Shown piece by piece: positions 44,480-54,967 of a stretch of DNA of 64,000 nucleotides. A program made the translations under genes and the position numbers. The DNA lies in NCBI GenBank assembly GCA_000004985.1, contig GG738854.1; one strand, written 5' to 3'. The notes beneath the pieces are model-generated. The model saw only the letters and a program-made list of their open reading frames with translations, was not told the DNA's origin and did not search any database. Source of the DNA: Naegleria gruberi (taxonomy: Eukaryota). How positions within the stretch are numbered: the first letter of the stretch is position 1; each line of letters opens with the position of its first letter.

Positions 44480-46093
44480 ATGGTAGTCACTGAACTAAGC
44501 TCTTCACTTGATGGTTTATTTCAAGTCATGTACCTAATCATTGGCTTAGTACTAATTTATATCATGATTCATACCTTTAGATTTATAAGAATCTACTTGA
44601 AATATAAACACATACCTGGTTATGTCTCATTCTTCCCTTCAATTATAGATTCACTCATGCATGGAGATCCAATGTTTGTTTACTATGGTTATTTGTGTAG
44701 CATGCAAGCTTTTACAAAACATCCAAATGCAGCAATGATTAAAGTTCAACAAGGATCAGAGATATTTTTCACAATAGCCAGGGATAAGGAAATGATCAAG
44801 GATGTTCTTGTTAGAAAGTATAAATCTATTGGAAAGGGTGAGCTATTGGCTCCAGTTGGTTTGTTTGGAGCGAATCTATTCTCAGCTGATTCTAATAATC
44901 CACTTTGGAAAAAGCACAGAACATTGGCTAATCCAGTATTCAGTAACAGTTCTCATTTAAGGAATGTTTTTAGAGTTACAATGGAGGAATTAGCAAAGAT
45001 GATTCCATACTGGACCAAATATAATGATTCAGATTCTAATGGAAATATTCGAAATGTTAACACTACACAAGAGTTGAAGTCTATTACATTAAGCATTATC
45101 AATAGAGTTGCATTCGATTTCAATATAGAGATATTTGATAAGAATCCTGAACACAGAGACGAAGTACATGGTTGGATTTCTGATTTATTAGTTGGTTTAT
45201 TATACAAGTTTGTATTCCCTGAATGGTTATTCGAATATGTTCCTTTTGGAATTTTCAAAAGATTTAAAGATGCAAAGAATAGATTCAGAGAGACAGCCAT
45301 GAAGATGATTCTCAAAAAGACAAAGGAATATGAGAATGACAATCAAGTGAAAGAAGATGAAGATTTACTAAGCTTATTGTTGAAAAGCTCCAATAATGGT
45401 AAATTAACAGAGGAAGAACGTTTGACAAATGACGAATTGGTTAGTGCCATTTTCATTATTTTCTTTGCTGGATTTGAAACAAGTTCCAATTCTTTGAACT
45501 TCATGTTGAGATTGTTGGCAACCAGACCAGAAATACAAGAAAAACTCATTGAAGAAATTGATAATGAAATTCCATCCATGGATTCAATCAAATTTGAAGA
45601 TGTCACTGAAAAACTTCCATATTTGACATCATTCATTAAGGAGGCATTTAGAGCCAAACCAATTGTTGGTGATACCACAAGAATAATTACCAAGAAGGGA
45701 GGTGAAACTATTGGTGGACAAATCCTTGAAGAAGGAACGGTTGTTAACGTTGGAATATATGCTCATCATAAGCTGTCTCATAATAATGCTATGGATGATT
45801 TCAAATTTGATCGTTTCTGCATTCCAAATAATATCGAGAAGGGAACTATGGGAAATTTATCTATTGATTTCCAAAAAGAAGATTTAATTACCTTCTCTAT
45901 TGGCCCAAGGGATTGTATTGGAAGAAGAATGGCATTAATAGAAATCAAATTAATCCTTGTTTATTTGTTGAAACAATACAGGATTAAGGTTCCAGAGCAT
46001 TTGAAAGAACAACAATCAAACATCAAAGAAACATACATTATTACAAGAACTGTTTTAGAGCCATTCATATTTGATTATGAAAAGAGAGTTTAA
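44480..46093 (+). CDS. Cytochrome P450 monooxygenase, 537 aa, intronless
   Basis: N-terminal membrane anchor; heme-binding loop FSIGPRDCIGRRMALIEIK (FxxGxRxCxG); AGFETSS oxygen-binding motif (A/G-G-x-E/D-T-T/S); EAFR (ExxR). Confidence 0.9.
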   Translation: MVVTELSSSLDGLFQVMYLIIGLVLIYIMIHTFRFIRIYLKYKHIPGYVSFFPSIIDSLMHGDPMFVYYGYLCSMQAFTKHPNAAMIKVQQGSEIFFTIARDKEMIKDVLVRKYKSIGKGELLAPVGLFGANLFSADSNNPLWKKHRTLANPVFSNSSHLRNVFRVTMEELAKMIPYWTKYNDSDSNGNIRNVNTTQELKSITLSIINRVAFDFNIEIFDKNPEHRDEVHGWISDLLVGLLYKFVFPEWLFEYVPFGIFKRFKDAKNRFRETAMKMILKKTKEYENDNQVKEDEDLLSLLLKSSNNGKLTEEERLTNDELVSAIFIIFFAGFETSSNSLNFMLRLLATRPEIQEKLIEEIDNEIPSMDSIKFEDVTEKLPYLTSFIKEAFRAKPIVGDTTRIITKKGGETIGGQILEEGTVVNVGIYAHHKLSHNNAMDDFKFDRFCIPNNIEKGTMGNLSIDFQKEDLITFSIGPRDCIGRRMALIEIKLILVYLLKQYRIKVPEHLKEQQSNIKETYIITRTVLEPFIFDYEKRV

Positions 46094-47040
46094 TAAACTT
46101 AAATATTTTACAACACTCAATTTAGCGCTTATTTTCTTGTAAACGTTTCACGTTAATCAAAATTCCAGTTAAACAATAAAATGAATCTCCTGAATATGTG
46201 AGGGTCTTGAGATGGAAATTGAAATATACGAATACCATCCTTATTAATTTCAACATCGCTTATCATTTGGGAATGGATAAGAGTGTACAGCATGGCATCT
46301 GGGAAATTGGAAATTTTATCTGTGCTCAATTTAAATTGAGAAAATCCTACTTAAACAATAATATTATCGTCAGTGCTGTCCATATTATTTGACCCATAGC
46401 AATACTTTTCTCTAATGAGTCTTCTTTCTTCTAGTTTCCATGTCCTTTCTACTAATCTATCAATGGAATAAAATGGTATTAAACAAGAGGCCAATGTACA
46501 TTCTCCTATTATTCTCATGTTTCAACAGATTTATCAGTTATGTGGTTTAATAGGTTATACTTCAGCTATGAATATGGGACCACTTGCGTTGACTGGAGCT
46601 TTTCTTGGTTTTGAGTTTGCTGGTTATTTATTGAGCTTGACCTTGTGGATATATTGTCAGGCAGTCATCACCAAAGTTCTTTATGGTGTCTACTTTAATG
46701 AAAATCAGGCATGGATGAGACTTTCGAAAGTTCATTCTATTTGTAAGAAAGTGGTACTAATCTGGTTGCATTTTTCAATTCATTGTTGATATTGACTTTT
46801 ATCCTAATAGGAATGATTTTTTTAATTTGTCGGCCCCCCATGAATATTTCGTTTGTACCATTGACCAAAAGGAAATCAACAAACAAGAATGAGGTTGAAA
46901 AAAGGGATGAAAAGGCAAAAGTTTCTAACAAGATTATGGCTGAAACAATTGTAGACACAATCGAACCAACAATTACAAACACTGTGCAATAAAATCCCTT
47001 CACTTATCTATTAATCACCATTTCAAATCCTTTTTTTCAT

Positions 47041-47046
47041 CTTAAA
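47041..47046 (-). terminator. Pol III oligo-T terminator of 5S copy 1
   Basis: AAAAAA on the plus strand immediately 3' of the 5S gene (T-run on the coding strand). Confidence 0.6.
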
Positions 47047-47166
47047 ACAAAAAAGACTACAACACCACAGGTTCCCAAGTTGTCTCCAACCTCAGTACTG
47101 ATGTGGCTCGACGATGCTTAACTTCTCAAATCGGACGGGATGAGGTGCATTCATCGTGATATGGCC
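47047..47166 (-). rRNA. 5S ribosomal RNA gene, copy 1 (120 nt)
   Basis: Reverse complement reads AUGGCUACGGCCAUAUCACGAUGAAUGCACCUCAUCCCGUCCGAUUUGAGAAGUUAAGCAUCGUCGAGCCACAUCAGUACUGAGGUUGGAGACAACUUGGGAACCUGUGGUGUUGUAGUC. This is the canonical 5S helix I-V layout with box A (AAGUUAAGCA). It is followed by a T5-6 Pol III terminator. TATA-like TTTATATATTA lies ~25 nt upstream. Confidence 0.9.
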
Positions 47167-47442
47167 GTAGCCATCAATAATCTAAATTTCTAATATATAA
47201 ATCTAGTATAGGGTGAGTAAAAGTTGTTCACAAAAATTCAATTATTATTAAGGATTATTAAGACGAAAAGCCTGCCAGGAATATGGCGACGATCCCGCTG
47301 CAGTCTTTGACTGTATGAACATTGTTCAATGTGAATTCAAGAGTTCTTGGTTGATCAGCCCTATATTTATTCACAATTAGACCTGTTGAATCGCTTGACT
47401 GTTTTTCTCCAGAAAGCTGAATTCAGCATTTACAACAAATAA

Positions 47443-47492
47443 NNNNNNNNNNNNNNNNNNNNNNNNNNNNNNNNNNNNNNNNNNNNNNNNNN
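47443..47492. other. Assembly gap (50 N)
   Basis: Run of n characters. Confidence 1.
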
Positions 47493-47793
47493 ATTTTAAG
47501 TTTATCTCTTAAACCACTGAGAAAATAAACAAACGACACCCTCTTCCTATTCTTTGCTTTTTCAAGTTCCAAGTTCCTTGCCTATCTTTCAAATTATTTC
47601 CGCTTATCCATCAAACTTGAAACAATTCTATTGGTTAATGCACAACCAATCTTTCAAAATTGTCTCCTTTCTACTCCCAAATTGCAACAAGTCCACTTCA
47701 AAATAAATATAAATACTTGCATTGTGTTCGAAACTTTTGAAAAACAACAACAAAACAAATATCTAAACAACTAAACAACTCAAACTAATCAAA

Positions 47794-48246
47794 ATGATGC
47801 TTAATTGTCAATTCAGTGATGAAATTATCAAAACCTATGAAGAAATGAGAATGGGAAAGGGTTCGAATAAGGATAAAAAGTTTCTCGTATTAAAAATGCA
47901 AGAAAGTTCCATTCAAATAGATCAAGAATTGTCCCAACTCTCTTCATTGGACGAATTAACTGCCAATCTCCCACCAAAGAATTCTCGTTTCGTTTGCTAT
48001 CATTTAAGTTTCGAAATGCCATCCCAAAACGAAACTTGTCAAATCAGAGAAGGAACCAGAACCAAAATGATGTTTCTCACTTGGTGTCCAAACGAAACCA
48101 ATGTTAAGGAAAAGTTTCAAGTTGCTGCCACTGTCAAAACAGTTAAACAAAAATTAAATGGTCTGAGTGCAACTATTCACTGCTCAACCAAGAGTGAAAT
48201 TGATGAAAAGTCAATGATTGAAAAATGTTTAACTTTTATGAAATAA
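47794..48246 (+). CDS. ADF-H domain protein (cofilin/ADF/GMF-like), 150 aa
   Basis: SDEIIKTYEEMRMGK...KFLVLKM... then KMMFLTWCPNETNVKEKFQVAATVKTVKQKLNGL fits the ADF-H pattern (equivalent of K.vFI.WsPd...K.KM.YAss). Confidence 0.7.
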   Translation: MMLNCQFSDEIIKTYEEMRMGKGSNKDKKFLVLKMQESSIQIDQELSQLSSLDELTANLPPKNSRFVCYHLSFEMPSQNETCQIREGTRTKMMFLTWCPNETNVKEKFQVAATVKTVKQKLNGLSATIHCSTKSEIDEKSMIEKCLTFMK

Positions 48247-48728
48247 TAGACATGAAAACCAACAATTATAAAAATGTAAATAAATGTAAATACTAATAGA
48301 TGTAATTATTCCAACAAAGCTGAACTCTAAAATTGAATCATATTTTAATTATTAATAAATTCAAACCACATGCAAAGAAATGCAGAAATAACATCACTTT
48401 GTAATAGCGATGAATTTTTACATGGTTCATAAGAAACATAACTGCAACCCAAACCAACAACAACGTCTGCTGTCCAAAAATCTGTTTCTGTTCAAAATAT
48501 CTTTTCATTTTGCCGTGCAATTTTAAAATCAATCGGAAACTATCTCTGGACATTGTTATTATATGAAAACATCTATTAAGAAAAACCTTAAAAGACTCAG
48601 ATCAGAATTTTAACACTTGTATTAATAGCTGTACAATTGCAGCAAAATAGGCAAAATTGTTGTTTAGCCATATTTCAAACTTGATAAAGGACTTTGGCAA
48701 TAAGCTTAGTGTAAAATGCAAAATAGGC

Positions 48729-48733
48729 AAAAA
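48729..48733 (-). terminator. Pol III oligo-T terminator of 5S copy 2
   Basis: AAAAA on the plus strand immediately 3' of the gene. Confidence 0.6.
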
Positions 48734-48853
48734 GACTACAGCACCACAGGTTCCCAAGTTGTCTCCAACCTCAGTACTGATGTGGCTCGACGATGCTTAA
48801 CTTCTCAAATCGGACGGGATGAGGTGCATTCATCGTGATATGGCCGTAGCCAT
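48734..48853 (-). rRNA. 5S ribosomal RNA gene, copy 2 (120 nt; one substitution relative to copy 1, A/G at 47054 vs 48741)
   Basis: Same 120-nt sequence as copy 1 except one base; followed by a T5 run; GATATAAT upstream. Confidence 0.9.
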
Positions 48854-49067
48854 TCATTATATCAACTTGTGAAATATGAATCAGTTCACTCCTTTTTCTT
48901 TACCTTTCTGAACTGCTATGAAATTGAGTGTATATAGCTCCATTAGAAAGTTACAAATGACTTGTTTTTGGATGTTGATTAGTATATTGAATAAATTTTA
49001 CTCATGTTCACTATTCAATAAATAATTTATTGACAATAATTGAGAGAATCTATGATATTTTGCTAAC

Positions 49068-49526
49068 TTAACCACCTCTCAATCTCAATACTAAATGCAC
49101 AGTTGAATCCTTTTGAAGATTGTAATCACCAATAGTTCTTCCATCTTCCAATTGCTTACCGGCATAAATCAATCGTTGTTGATCTGAAGGAATACCTTCC
49201 TTATCAAATATCTTTTGTTTCATATTCTCAACAGTAGCATTCGATTCCATTTCAATAGTGATTGTCTTTCCAGTTAAAGTTTTTACAAAAAGTTGCATTC
49301 CTCCTATTAATCTCCACACCAAATGAAGTGTTGAATCTTTCTGAATGTTATAATCATTAATAGTTCTGCCATCTTCCAATTGTTTTCCAGCAAAGATGAG
49401 TCTTTGTTGATCTGGAAGAATTCCTTCCTTATCATGTGCCTTTCTTTTCACATTTTCAATTGAATCATTAGATTCAACCTCCAAAGTGATAGTTCTTCCA
49501 GTGAGTGTCTTGACAAATAATTGCAT
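49068..49526 (-). CDS. Head-to-tail di-ubiquitin-like protein (two divergent 76-aa ubiquitin-fold repeats, second ending RLRGG-stop)
   Basis: Each repeat is ~75% identical to canonical ubiquitin ([10 protein letters not shown](R/K)TIT(L/I)E(V/M)ES...DQQRLI(F/Y)[14 protein letters not shown](I/L)QKDST(L/V)HLV). The repeats differ from each other. Repeat 1 ends WRLIGG and repeat 2 ends LRLRGG. Confidence 0.85.
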   Translation of the reverse strand: MQLFVKTLTGRTITLEVESNDSIENVKRKAHDKEGILPDQQRLIFAGKQLEDGRTINDYNIQKDSTLHLVWRLIGGMQLFVKTLTGKTITIEMESNATVENMKQKIFDKEGIPSDQQRLIYAGKQLEDGRTIGDYNLQKDSTVHLVLRLRGG

Positions 49527-50026
49527 TCTGTTTGTTGTCTTGTTTTTTTTCTTATTATTTTTCTTGAATTCAAAACACTGCGGTTCCTTTCTTTTTATAC
49601 TTTTGAAAACTGATTATTTTTAGAAAGTAGTTCTTGAAGCGATGGCAATTTGAAATTCTGTCAATGAACTGATTTTTTGTTTCTGGACGCAAACTTGGTT
49701 CAACATGTTTTGTAAGATAATTGAGCAACTCTATTGTTGGTATGTACAATTCAATATTTCAAAAAGTGCCTTAGATGTCCACCATTTCATAACAGTTTCA
49801 AATCTGAAATAGAATATTACAAGTGCGCACGAGGAGTTGAAATCCACGTCACATTAACAATAAAAAAACCAATCATCTTCAAGTAGTAAACTTTTTATCA
49901 TCATCAAACTTTTATATATTCCACCACCCTATTATTTATTATTATTATTGAATAAAAACGAGAGAGGAATTATTTCGCATCACATATTATAAACAAAATT
50001 TAAATAATAAAAACATATAACCGAAA

Positions 50027-50548
50027 ATGTTATCATCATCATCAAATAGTAATAATAATAATTCTTTAGAAGAAGAACAAGAATTAGCATCACTAGCAAC
50101 ACCTACCTACAATGATCAATTATCATCCTACAGAGAAAAACACAGAGTCTACAAGGAAAAGAAGAAGAATCAAGATATGGCCTCCCTCACAGCCTTCCTC
50201 ATTGCCTCCAAATACGACCCACAAACATCATTGACTTCATCGGGTCTGGAACGTTACACTCCAAAGGCTACTGGATTCTGTGGCAATACACCAACCAATG
50301 CTACGAGGAGTAAGGTGAGTTTCAGAGCATCGAATGTGAGAGGGAGAGGTCTACCAACTGTGCAACCAGGAAGTTGGTTTAAACCTTCAATACAACAAGA
50401 ACATCATGTTGATGAACAACAAGAATTGGCTAAAGATGAATCAGCAACAGTAGTGGAAGCATCGTTGAGTAATTTGTCATTGAAAGAGGAGGTTGTTGTT
50501 TCTTCTTCTTCTTCTAGTTTGAATGTTGTTCCTGTTAGAAGATTGTAA
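50027..50548 (+). CDS. Hypothetical Ser/Asn-rich low-complexity protein, 173 aa
   Basis: ORF only; poly-Ser/Asn tracts. Confidence 0.3.
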   Translation: MLSSSSNSNNNNSLEEEQELASLATPTYNDQLSSYREKHRVYKEKKKNQDMASLTAFLIASKYDPQTSLTSSGLERYTPKATGFCGNTPTNATRSKVSFRASNVRGRGLPTVQPGSWFKPSIQQEHHVDEQQELAKDESATVVEASLSNLSLKEEVVVSSSSSSLNVVPVRRL

Positions 50549-50720
50549 ACTAATCATATAAATTATATTTATTGAAATTTACTTGTGTTATTGAACTAGT
50601 AAATGATGTTTTGAATTAAATTTGTTATCCAATGCTTCGGATGATGAAGATATGAATCAGAGTTTCACTGCATTTCATCACAGACATTCATTCTGTCATT
50701 TGTCATTCAACACAAAACAA

Positions 50721-51473
50721 ATGCCATCACATAAAATACGAGAAAATTCAACAACTCCATCCATCATTCTTTGTATTATCCTTGGACTTTCACTAATTCA
50801 ATGGGTATCTTCTGCATCATCTCCTCTGCCGAAATGTGCCTCCTGTGGTTCAATTCCAAGTGATTTATCATTTTGTAAAAATTATGTACCAACGAGTGGA
50901 AATATGTATGTTTGCAATCATCATTATTGATTTTAATTGTAATTGGATTGATAGTTGTATACCAGATAAATATTTAGAGGTGGAAAAGAATATTTCCAAT
51001 ATTTATGATAGTACTAATCAATTTTTGCCATTCGAAAGTTCATGTAGAGATGCTTGGAAGAATTATGCATGTGCAAGAGCTTTTCCACGATGCACAATTT
51101 CGAATAATGGAACATCGGATATCTATACTCCCTATGAAATTTGTTACTCTGTCTGTAAACAGTACGCTTACAATGTATGTAAATTGTAATTTGTGAAATT
51201 TCAATTTTTACTAATTATTGACTGTAACTATTTTGTTTCAACAATATTCAGTGTTGGGCTAGAGATGGTGGAGCAATTAATTGGGCTATTCAACCAATTT
51301 GGGATGTTGCCACATTAAACAAGAAATTGGACTATTTCTGTTCACAGGAAGTTGGATCTGATGGAGCTATTTGTTCATTGGGAGGTAAAAAAATTAATGG
51401 AGGAAATTCAATTTGGAATTCTATTACTCTTATATCTTCAATTGTTGGATTTACTTTATTAGTAGCCCTCTAA
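50721..51473 (+). CDS. Secreted Frizzled-type cysteine-rich-domain (CRD)-like protein with C-terminal GPI-anchor-like signal; 3 exons (50721-50905, 50955-51174, 51252-51473)
   Basis: N-terminal signal peptide IILCIILGLSLIQWVSSA. Cys spacing CRDAWKNYACARAFPRCT...PYEICYSVCKQYAYN resembles the Fz CRD (C..l.f.lCs.y.P.C...PCrs.Ce.v...C). C-terminus GGNSIWNSITLISSIVGFTLLVAL-stop (small residues then a hydrophobic tail). Introns GTATGT..GATAG (49 nt) and GTATGT..ATTCAG (77 nt); exon lengths sum in frame. Confidence 0.5.
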
Positions 51474-51479
51474 AATAAA

Positions 51480-53237
51480 TTAATTTCCAAATACCACTCG
51501 GATGATATTGTTGGCATCTTTCTTGAAAAAGGAATGTTCTGCAATCTTTCTTCCATCCATTCCTTCTACGAAATAATTTGGAAGAATTGGCTTACCTGAC
51601 TCGTTCAATGTTAACTTGTCGGCAGGTATGATTGATCTGTAAAATTTGCTTACAAAACTCTTTACAGAACTGCCATGTCTCATTAGGGCAACATCTTCAA
51701 ATACCTTTACATCAACATCCTCTCTAAGTTTCAGATTCTCAGCCAATTGTGGAATATTCTGATTCACTGGATAAATGACAACTGGAGATTGTAAATTAAC
51801 AGCCTTTACAATAGCTTCCAATACACCTGTAGTGTCAAATCTTGCCAAGACAAAATCTCTGATATTCTTCAAAATTCCGACATTCTTTTCATCCTTAATT
51901 GGTTTCAACAGTTTCTAAACATTTCAATAATATGTTAAATCAGTTCCAATGCAATCAGAATTTTACAAACCTTTTCTTCCTCATCTTCGCATTCCTCAAA
52001 TGTTTTGAAATCACTATCTCCTTCATGGTAGATAATATGACCCTTCTTTCTCATGGTCTTCAAGAAACATTCTGACAAGGCAGATGTCAAAACAATCTTA
52101 TCCATATCATATCTTTCAAAGAATTTGTTAATGTACTTTGAACTGGCCTTGTGGTCAATCTTATTTAATGCATAAATGCAAGGGAATCTAAAGGCAATAA
52201 ATAGTGAGACACATGTATGAACATCTGCTTCCTCCCATTTTTCAAGAGGTTTCATATGCTTTGAAAAATCAATTTCCTTATTAGAGGTCTGATTGGAGAG
52301 TTCATCTTCAGTTTGGAACATTTTTGTAGAGATGTGATCACAGAACGCAACAATGAATTTTCTGTTACATCCATAACCACTCAATTGTTGTGAAAAGGTG
52401 TCTACAAGGGTATTTTTACATTGTCTATGTCTTCTTACGATAGTATCCCATCTATTCCACAAATTGTTAAAGATCCAATCATGAATTTCCTTTTCCAACC
52501 ATTCTACATCTCCAATAGGATCATAATTTTCAGTATTTTCTCCCTTTTCATTTGTTGTTCCACTGACATCTATCCCAATAAATTTATAATAAATTCTCAT
52601 TCAAAACATACCCAAAACATGAATCAAAACTTGAGCATGACGCAAATCATCCAAGAATTTGTTTCCCAATCCTTTACCCTAATCAAATATGAAATCATTA
52701 AGTAAAATAACCATCAAAACATACCAATGAAGCTCCTGGAATCAAACCAGCAACGTCCATCACACTAATAGGAATATATCTCACAGAGTTTACACATTTA
52801 CCATATTTTGGAGAGCAATACTTTTGTAAACCATATTCAGCACAAGGACATGGAATACTTGAACGATACAATGCAATACCCTAATTGTAATATGTAATTA
52901 TTGAAAATTATTCCAAACACAAACACCTACATTATTTGGTTCAATAGTTGTAAATGGATAACTTCCTATAATAAATATTTCATCAATAAATTCCATAATC
53001 ATCATCACTCACCAGTTTTTGCATTTGCATCCGAAATTGCATTCAAAAGAGTTGATTTACCTAAATTCCGATCATTAATTTTCTCCAATCATTATAAAAA
53101 ATCATCACACATACCCGCCGAAGGTTTTCCAATAATACCAATTTTAATAAATGAACTAATCCCAAAGTAACAGCATGAATCATTAGAGCATTAATAAATC
53201 CGAACATGAAATAAGCCCACCCACCTATTTGTACTCA
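51480..53237 (-). CDS. Obg-like GTPase of the YGR210/archaeo-eukaryotic subfamily, at least 6 exons; 5' end approximate
   Basis: Reconstructed across short introns: G1 GIIGKPSAGKSTLLNAISDANAKTG; G2 YPFTTIEPNNVG; Cys-rich insert IPCPCAEYGLQKYCSPKYGKC; G3 [39 protein letters not shown]; G4 FPCIYALNKIDH. The C-terminal ORF 51480-51908 completes the gene. Confidence 0.65.
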
Positions 53238-53588
53238 TTTTTTTTCTATTTGAATTTTTATTAAAATTTTAAACTTTGCGTAAATATTTGATTTTCAAAT
53301 TCGAATTTGAAAGAAGCAACTTTCAACTTGGAATTTGAAAACAGAATGAATTTTATTATACACTGATTCAAGATCAGACATGAAGACGAACTGTGCATTG
53401 GCACTTTTCTCCACTTACCAAAATTACCAAAAATTAACAAATGCCATAAAAATCCCAAAAAGTGGATCAGTAAAAAAGGGTGGACAATTGGGACATCAGT
53501 TAAGAAGAAAAATAACAAACACAAACAATCCACCTTATTTGCAAATGAGTCTCAATCATTTATACGCAACAGACAACAATAAAACAAA

Positions 53589-54961
53589 ATGACTCAAAAC
53601 CATGAGGAGCAGCAGAATCATCAGGAGCATCATCAGATGATGGAAAACACTGCAGAGACAAACCTTACTTCCTCCATAACGAATGATGAAGATTATATTA
53701 TTGTTGATATTTGTGATTCATGTGCTGCTGCTGGAAAACAAGATTGTTCGATTTCAATGCCTCAATCAGCAATATCAATTTCAGAGAGGATAAATGTTAA
53801 GGAAAAACAAAAGCATAAACAATATCAGAAAAAGGAAAATGTTCAAAAGCAAGAGACGGTTGTGAAACAGCCAGAGATTGTGTTATTTAATACTCCAAAA
53901 CAAGTATTGGAAAAATTTAAAACTGATGGGGTACGGAAATCCAAGTTGACCTTTGATCAAATGACAATCCTATCCTTGTTTGCAGGAATATTTATTGGAC
54001 TGGCTAGTGCTTTGGGATTGGTTGTGGGTGGGAATGTACCAAGCATTGAGAAAGAAAATCCTGGATTGCAGAAATTGTTAACTGGAATGTAGGTTTAGTC
54101 TCATTTCAATTCTAATGTTGTTGAAAGTGTTTTTCCATTGGGATTGATACTTATTGTAATGACTGGTTCTGAACTATTCACAGGAAATGTATTAGTGGTT
54201 CTTATTGGGTTATTTTCAAGACGGTGGCGATCTAAAAAGTTTCTTCTCCAGTAAGTAATCAAGATTCGAGTTAATTGACCATCAAATGATTAGATATGCT
54301 TTATTCTCAAAGAATATTCTGTTCAGTTATGTTTTCAATTGTGTGGGATCGTTTTTATTTGCTTATTTCTTCATGTATTTACCTCAACCTTGTTGCTCTG
54401 CCTATTGGATTAGTTATGTGCAAACTATTTCTGAAAATAAGGTGAAAAAAGCATTTGGAAGTTTAGTTCTGCTTGGAATTATGTGCAATGTGTTAATTAC
54501 CATTGCTGTTTGGTGTGCAGCAGCAGCAACAACTCTTTCAGGGAAATTTCTTGGCATTTGGTTCCCAAGTAAGTTTAATCTACGTTCATATTTAATTGAA
54601 ACTTGACAATTTCACAGTTTTAGCATTTAGTTGTTTGGGTTATGAACAAAGCATTGCAAATGCATTCTACATTCCACTGGCAATGCTTTATGGAGCTAAT
54701 ATCACAGTATACGACTTTTTAATTACAAACATGATTCCAGTAACTATTGGAAACATTATAGGAGGTGCATTAATCAATGGGTGCCTAATGTATTATGTTC
54801 ATGATTTTAGAGTCAGAAAACCAAAGGTGATATTTTCTTGGTGTAAAAAGTTGTGGAAACGTCTCACAAGTAAGAAAGTCGAAATGTTGCCAACTACTAC
54901 TACACCAAACAAATCAATAGAAATGGATTTATCGACAAATAATATTATTGGAATAAAATAA
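53589..54961 (+). CDS. Formate/nitrite transporter (FNT, FocA/NirC family), 413 aa, 4 exons (53589-54088, 54128-54250, 54294-54568, 54618-54961)
   Basis: ILSLFAGIFIGLASALGL.., FPLGLILIVMTGSELFTGNVLV.. and GYEQSIANAFYIPLAML...ITNMIPVTIGNIIGGAL are hallmark FNT segments. His/Gln-rich ~100-aa N-terminal extension. Introns 39, 43 and 49 nt; exon lengths sum to 1242 nt in frame. Confidence 0.8.
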
Positions 54962-54967
54962 GCCCTA

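Noticed and set aside
46198-47003. Several 64-90-aa ORFs between the P450 and 5S copy 1 (e.g. 46517-46789 hydrophobic peptide)
   Set aside because: No convincing splice-connected gene could be built; frames end in stops after the best donor/acceptor choices. Left unannotated.
49068-49526. Calling the ubiquitin gene a standard polyubiquitin (UBI4-type)
   Set aside because: Repeats are too divergent from ubiquitin and from each other; annotated instead as a di-ubiquitin-like gene.
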